10,640 nucleotides of DNA from a virus (taxonomy: Duplodnaviria > Heunggongvirae > Uroviricota > Caudoviricetes), in the IMG/VR virus record IMGVR_UViG_2541047125_000015. The stretch is one strand, 5' to 3'. The position numbers and the translations under genes are program-made. The notes beneath the pieces are model-generated. The model saw only the letters and a list, made by a program, of their open reading frames with translations. It ran no database searches and was not told the origin of the DNA. Shown in pieces: positions 7,165 through 10,640 of the stretch (within the stretch, counting starts at the first letter, position 1; each line of letters starts with the position of its first letter).

Positions 7165-7446
7165 ATGACAGAGGCCGAAATACTGGGATTAATCCGCCGC
7201 GTTGCCGGAATCAGCCAGCAGGCTGACGAACAGGCCGCGCAGCCGGACAGCGTGACCGCCGAAAATTATGCGCGTGTGGTTGCTGAGGTGATGCGCCGTG
7301 ATGGTATCCAGCTTAACGATGTAGATATGCGCAACATACGGATCCGCGTTCTTGAAATGCTGGCCTACCGTCGCCGCGTTGAGATGTATCGGGAGAAAGA
7401 GAAAATTACTTACCACTGGAAGAAGCCGGAACGATTGCGGCGGTAA
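7165..7446 (+). CDS. Small hypothetical protein downstream of terL
   Basis: 93 aa from ATG7165 (SD gagg 8 nt upstream; track start GTG7147 overlaps the terL stop). Protein-like composition (MTEAEILGLIRRVAGISQQADEQ...RRRVEMYREKEK); no family recognised. Confidence 0.5.
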   Translation: MTEAEILGLIRRVAGISQQADEQAAQPDSVTAENYARVVAEVMRRDGIQLNDVDMRNIRIRVLEMLAYRRRVEMYREKEKITYHWKKPERLRR

Positions 7447-7461
7447 CTTGCTGATATTCCC

Positions 7462-7505
7462 GATAACGCAAAATTGCGCTGGCTGACTTGTTGCATTGCA
7501 AAAAG
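7462..7505. repeat. Direct repeat A, copy 1 (about 43 bp)
   Basis: gataacgcaaaattgcgctggctgacttgttgcattgcaaaaag. Shares GATAACGC..ATTGCGCTGGCTG...TGCA with copy 2 and contains the palindrome ttgcaTtgcaa. Confidence 0.55.
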
Positions 7506-7600
7506 TTAAGCAGGAAGGCACGGCCTGTAAGATGGGATGCAGTAAGTAGTTCAAGGCTACCTTGTGCTGGCACGCACAGTTAAGCCGTCGGTGCTGGATA

Positions 7601-7615
7601 TCCCCCACTGGGGGA
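7601..7615. promoter_or_regulatory. Perfect 15-bp palindrome TCCCCCA-c-TGGGGGA
   Basis: Read directly from the sequence; lies between the two A repeats. Confidence 0.5.
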
Positions 7616-7647
7616 AAAGCTGGCTACATCCCTCACATCTGAGGACT

Positions 7648-7690
7648 GATAACGCGACATTGCGCTGGCTGGCAAAGTGCAAAATTGCAC
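7648..7690. repeat. Direct repeat A, copy 2 (about 43 bp)
   Basis: gataacgcgacattgcgctggctggcaaagtgcaaaattgcac; roughly 70% identical to copy 1 by eye; ends in the palindrome gtgcaAAATtgcac. Confidence 0.55.
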
Positions 7691-7697
7691 GATGGCC

Positions 7698-7858
7698 TAA
7701 CCCATTGATTATTTCGAAAACCTGCAATGCAGGAAATCGGGGAAGTAAGCCTAAGCTATTGATTGTTTCGAAAACCCTCATTGGGGGATGTCGGGAAAGT
7801 AAGACTAACCCATTGATTCTTCCACAATCCTCAATTTGAGGAGGCAGGGAACATCCCC
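7698..7858. repeat. Tandem array of three ~53-55-bp direct repeat units (B1-B3), each with a TTTCGAAA-type palindrome and a short hairpin
   Basis: Units at 7698..7750, 7751..7805 and 7806..7858 share TAAcCcATTGATT - TTTCGAAAACC - 13-nt hairpin - G-rich tail. Hairpins: cctgcAATgcagg, ccctcATTggggg, cctcaATTtgagg. Confidence 0.65.
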
Positions 7859-7894
7859 TAAATCCGGTGATGTATTCGGCCCCTTTAACGGGTA

Positions 7895-7930
7895 TTGCGA
7901 TTTTCGCAACCCCCTACGAAATTTTCGTAG
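7895..7930. promoter_or_regulatory. Two adjacent dyads built on CGAAA/TTTCG half-sites
   Basis: ttgcg-atttt-cgcaa (7895..7909) and the perfect inverted repeat CTACGAAA-t-TTTCGTAG (7914..7930); same half-site as the TTTCGAAA cores of the B units. Confidence 0.45.
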
Positions 7931-7955
7931 TTTAATTACTCGTCAGATTAATCGC

Positions 7956-8007
7956 TAACCCACTGATATTTTCGGAAACCTCAATTTGAGGAGGCCGGAA
8001 CGTCTAC
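7956..8007. repeat. Fourth B-type repeat unit (B4), about 100 bp downstream of the tandem array
   Basis: taacccactgatattttcggaaacctcaatttgaggaggccggaacgtctac; same architecture, and its hairpin cctcaATTtgagg is identical to that of B3. Confidence 0.6.
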
Positions 8008-8240
8008 ATAGCTGCATCGCCGTAATGATGATTCAGCCCACCAGCCAAATCAGCACAGCAACGACAGAATAGCCCGACACAGAAAAACCACGAATATGGG
8101 GTTTTTGTTATGGCATGGTCATGATGACCGCCCCTGCTCTGAATGGTGGAAATCACCACGCAGATCATCAACCAGCTTCATGACGGATAGCCGGAAAATG
8201 ATAACGGTTAAGCAAAACCATCAGCAAATTTCCCTTTTGT

Positions 8241-8304
8241 TTGTTATTGTTCGTCGTTGTTCGTAGAGCTTCAACGAAATGTGTGGTCAGTTGTGTGGTC
8301 AGTT
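8241..8304. promoter_or_regulatory. Phased TGTTCGT repeats plus a perfect 12-bp tandem duplication just upstream of int
   Basis: TGTTCGT at 8248 and 8258 (10-bp phasing, preceded by ttgtttgttat); gtgtggtcagtt repeated exactly twice at 8281..8292 and 8293..8304, 36 bp before the int start. Confidence 0.5.
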
Positions 8305-8339
8305 TTTTGGGGCTGGAGGACTGAAAAGAGGATCTGATA

Positions 8340-9560
8340 GTGGGAAAAGCACTAAACAAACTGAGCGATTCGACATTAAAAAAATTGGCGGCTGTCCAGG
8401 CAGAAAAAGAGCGTTTTTACTCCGACGGGGGCGGGCTGGAGATTAAACACTCAAAAGGCGGAAAATTAACCTGGTATTTCCGGTACCGAACGGGAGGCCG
8501 TGAGGTTGCCGCAGAGCGGTTAAAGCTGGGGGCTTACCCTGAATTGTCGCTGAAAGCTGCAAGGGAAAAACGCGCACAGTGCCGGGCATGGCTGGCTGAG
8601 GGTAAAAACCCCCGTTATGAGTTGTGCGCCACAGTACAGGAAGCGCTAAAACCCGTTACGGTGAAGGAGGCGATTAACTACTGGCTGGAGGAATATGCGA
8701 AGGATAACCGCAAAGACTACATAAAGCTGGTGCAACGTATGGATAAGCACATCATTTGCCATATAGGGGCAATTCCTCTTGATAAATGCGACACAAGGCA
8801 GTGGATCGCATGTTTTGACCGTGTACGAAAAAAAGCACCAGTAGCAGCGGGGCACGTCATGCAAACCTGCAAACAGGCGCTAAAGTTCTGCCGCAGGAGA
8901 CGCTACGCGTTCAGTAATGCCCTGGACGATTTGATCGTCAGCGATGTGGGTAAGAGAGCAGAAATTCGCGAGAGGGTGCACAGTAACAGCGAATTAAAGG
9001 AAATTTTACGCGCTATTGATGGTGATGTGTTCGCGCCTTACTACAGCGCGTTAATGCGCTTGCTGATTGTGTTCGGGTGCAGAACTGCAGAGGTCAGACT
9101 TTCAGAGATCAAAGAATGGGATCTGAAAGAAATGTTGTGGACAGTGCCAAAAGAGCACAGCAAAACGAAGGTAACGATATTCAGGCCAATCCCCGATGGC
9201 ATTTTGCCGTTCATTCAGAAGCTGGTGGATCAGAACCGGCATACAGGGTTATTGCTCGGAGAACTGAAAAAAGATACCACGGTAGCGCAATATGGGCGAA
9301 ATGCGCATAAGCGGCTTAACCAGGAACATTGGTCACTGCATGACTTTCGCCACACGTTTACAACGATGCTGAACGATTTAGGTGTCGATCCGCATATCGT
9401 GGAGCACATCACAGCGCATCAGATGCCCGGTCAGCAAAAAACCTATAACCATTCACGCTATTTACAGGCGAAGCGGGACGCTCTGAATCTGTGGGTTGAG
9501 CGCCTCGATGTGCTGGCTGGAAATCATGAAAATATTGTTATGCTGAAGGTGGCCAAATGA
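8340..9560 (+). CDS. int: Tyrosine site-specific integrase, P4 type
   Basis: 406 aa from GTG8340 with SD aagagga upstream. N-terminal arm-binding-type region (LEIKHSKGGKLTWYFRYRTGGREV...LGAYPELSLKAAREKR) and C-terminal catalytic region with LHDFRHTF (H-x-x-R) and a downstream Tyr (KTYNHSRYL). Confidence 0.9.
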   Translation: MGKALNKLSDSTLKKLAAVQAEKERFYSDGGGLEIKHSKGGKLTWYFRYRTGGREVAAERLKLGAYPELSLKAAREKRAQCRAWLAEGKNPRYELCATVQEALKPVTVKEAINYWLEEYAKDNRKDYIKLVQRMDKHIICHIGAIPLDKCDTRQWIACFDRVRKKAPVAAGHVMQTCKQALKFCRRRRYAFSNALDDLIVSDVGKRAEIRERVHSNSELKEILRAIDGDVFAPYYSALMRLLIVFGCRTAEVRLSEIKEWDLKEMLWTVPKEHSKTKVTIFRPIPDGILPFIQKLVDQNRHTGLLLGELKKDTTVAQYGRNAHKRLNQEHWSLHDFRHTFTTMLNDLGVDPHIVEHITAHQMPGQQKTYNHSRYLQAKRDALNLWVERLDVLAGNHENIVMLKVAK

Positions 9561-10330
9561 AATTACCTAAAAGACTCTATTATCCGTTACCTGAAGCGGC
9601 AGAAAAGTTAGGCTGTGCAATAAAAGATCTTTATCATTACGCATATATAGGTGCTCTTAATATTTCTGTATATATACCAAAAATTGATGCTAAAAAATTC
9701 AATTTTTCATTATGTCATTTTATCAATGGTTGTAATGAGGAAGAATTAATAAAATATCCTTTCAATGATGAATCTGCTGTTTTTGGAAGTAATTTTACAG
9801 TTGGTTTAACTGGTGACACTGAATTTTTAGATAGTGCCATTATTGGTCCTGTAGGGAATTCTATCAAATGTTATTATGTTAGCAGCTTATCAGGGTTTTA
9901 TTATACTCCGGCATATGTTTTTGCTGATGTCGAATTTAGCATGAGACAATATATAAAATGTTCTCATCTTACGAATAAGTATGGTGATGATAATCTCATG
10001 TATGTTTTTTGTAAGGGTGGTTATGAATTTGATGTTAACTATTTGTGTGTGATGGCTAGTGATTTAGATAATATAAAAAATACGGGAGACTTCCCGAAGA
10101 TAACAGAAGATAGCCCAAAAGCATCGTCAAAAAGGAATGAGGTTATTTACTCTTTAATTAAACTTATTCCAGAAATGGGTGATGTAGACCTGGACACGGA
10201 ATCATTACCTAAAATAGCAGATTTAATTGATTCTATAGCTGCATCCAGAGGGATAGAATTTCCAAAAACACATTGGCAGACATGGCAAAAGTATTTGGGG
10301 CGTGAATCTCAACAAAAACGTAAAAAGTGA
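9557..10330 (+). CDS. AT-rich hypothetical protein (orphan cargo gene), translationally coupled to int
   Basis: 257 aa; ATG9557 overlaps the int stop as ATGA, with SD-like aaggtgg upstream. The DNA is visibly AT-rich (about one-third G+C by eye, versus about half in int) with AAA/ATT/TTT-rich codons. N-terminal RLYYPLPEAAEKLGCAIKDLYHYAYIG loosely resembles an AlpA/excisionase-type HTH; the rest matches nothing I recognise. Confidence 0.7.
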   Translation: MKLPKRLYYPLPEAAEKLGCAIKDLYHYAYIGALNISVYIPKIDAKKFNFSLCHFINGCNEEELIKYPFNDESAVFGSNFTVGLTGDTEFLDSAIIGPVGNSIKCYYVSSLSGFYYTPAYVFADVEFSMRQYIKCSHLTNKYGDDNLMYVFCKGGYEFDVNYLCVMASDLDNIKNTGDFPKITEDSPKASSKRNEVIYSLIKLIPEMGDVDLDTESLPKIADLIDSIAASRGIEFPKTHWQTWQKYLGRESQQKRKK

Positions 10331-10359
10331 TATCACGTGCTGGTAGTGTGATATCACAC
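10327..10359. promoter_or_regulatory. Two copies of the palindrome GTGATATCAC, 21 bp centre to centre (candidate operator)
   Basis: gtgatatcac at 10327..10336 (overlapping the orphan stop) and at 10348..10357, the latter within the 14-bp palindrome gtgtgatatcacac (10346..10359). Spacing is two helical turns. Confidence 0.5.
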
Positions 10360-10386
10360 AAACGGCGTTTTACTACCGCCTAGAAT

Positions 10387-10421
10387 CGTCCTCGTTCGGC
10401 AACGTTCGAGGACGTTTTTTT
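10387..10421 (+). terminator. Hairpin plus T7 tract abutting the alpA start codon (terminator or 5'-UTR structure)
   Basis: CGTCCTCG - 12-nt loop - CGAGGACG followed by ttttttt and then ATG10422. The 3' arm contains the only SD-like sequence (gagga) for alpA. Confidence 0.5.
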
Positions 10422-10640
10422 ATGAATCAAAATACACAATTTCAATCACTATCAGATCGCGTAATCCGTGAGGATGAATGCCGTAAGTTAACAGGAGTGT
10501 GCCGCACTACACGCTACGAACTGGAGAAAAAAGGGAATTTCCCGTCACGCCGTAATCTGGGTGGTCGTTCAGTAGGTTGGCTGCTTTCCGAGGTTATGGA
10601 ATGGGTTAAAAGCCGGGATCGTATTAATTCAGGCAAGGCA
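10422..10640 (+). CDS. alpA: AlpA-family phage regulatory protein (HTH), 3' end cut by the window
   Basis: MNQNTQFQSLSDRVIREDECRKLTGVCRTTRYELEKKGNFPSRRNLGGRSVGWLLSEVMEWV matches the AlpA/excisionase-like pattern (hydrophobic-R-x-x-E-x-x-x-x-TG-x-x-R-x-T-x-Y-x-x-x-x-x-G-x-FP...GGR.V.W...EV..W). The ORF runs to the last base of the window. Confidence 0.8.
   Translation, partial: MNQNTQFQSLSDRVIREDECRKLTGVCRTTRYELEKKGNFPSRRNLGGRSVGWLLSEVMEWVKSRDRINSGKA

Larger units (their letters stand above)
1..7446 (+). mobile_element. Partial capsid-forming phage satellite-like element (cf-PICI-type): head and packaging module without tail genes
   Basis: Co-directional, tightly overlapping genes for capsid, protease, portal, adaptor, connector, HNH, terS and terL. 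No tape-measure, tail tube, sheath, fibre or baseplate genes anywhere in the window. The integration and replication part is presumably left of the window. Confidence 0.55.
8340..10640 (+). mobile_element. Integrase - orphan cargo - alpA module (start of a second island, or the recombination module of the same element)
   Basis: P4-type int followed by a coupled AT-rich gene and alpA, the arrangement seen at the integrase-proximal end of P4-like and PICI-like islands. Confidence 0.5.

Noticed and set aside
7189-7608. Minus-strand 139-aa ORF
   Set aside because: Antisense to the post-terL small gene and extending into the repeat region; Cys/His-rich shadow-frame composition. The + strand gene has the SD and operon context.
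7557-7839. Track ORFs 7564..7839 (+, 91 aa) and 7557..7781 (-, 74 aa) as coding genes
   Set aside because: Both run through the repeat array; their translations are low-complexity and repeat-driven, with no SD and no protein-like composition.
7698-8007. CRISPR array
   Set aside because: Units are about 53 bp and directly abutting with no unique spacers, the copies are degenerate instead of near-identical, and no cas genes are present.
7447-8339. tRNA or tmRNA gene or 3' fragment as the integration target
   Set aside because: I scanned for T-arm-like GTTCRANYC motifs with a downstream CCA and for cloverleaf-compatible inverted repeats and found none. By-eye scanning can miss fragments, so this is unconfirmed, not excluded.
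8168-9412. Minus-strand and alternative-frame ORFs around and inside int (8168..8359, 8646..8864, 9077..9310, 9230..9412)
   Set aside because: 8168..8359 overlaps the int start and the promoter-region repeats; the others are embedded in int, which has clear integrase motifs in its own frame.

Overview
10.6-kb window that looks enterobacterial (E. coli-like codon usage, roughly 50-55% G+C by eye) and is entirely mobile-element DNA. All calls are from reading the sequence and ORF track; no searches were run. Left 7.4 kb, all on the + strand: the tail end of an SSB-like gene, a PerC-like regulator, then a complete HK97-type head and packaging module in the order major capsid, prohead protease, portal, head-tail adaptor, gp6-like connector, HNH endonuclease, a G/C-rich candidate cos site, terS (P27 family), terL, and one small unknown gene. 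There are no tail genes, which matches a capsid-forming phage satellite (cf-PICI-type). A ~0.9-kb gene-free region follows, packed with direct repeats and palindromes, then a P4-type tyrosine integrase, a strikingly AT-rich 257-aa orphan gene translationally coupled to int, and the 5' part of alpA. The two observations most worth follow-up are the AT-rich orphan in the int-alpA slot (candidate accessory or defence cargo) and the structured ~53-bp repeat array upstream of int.
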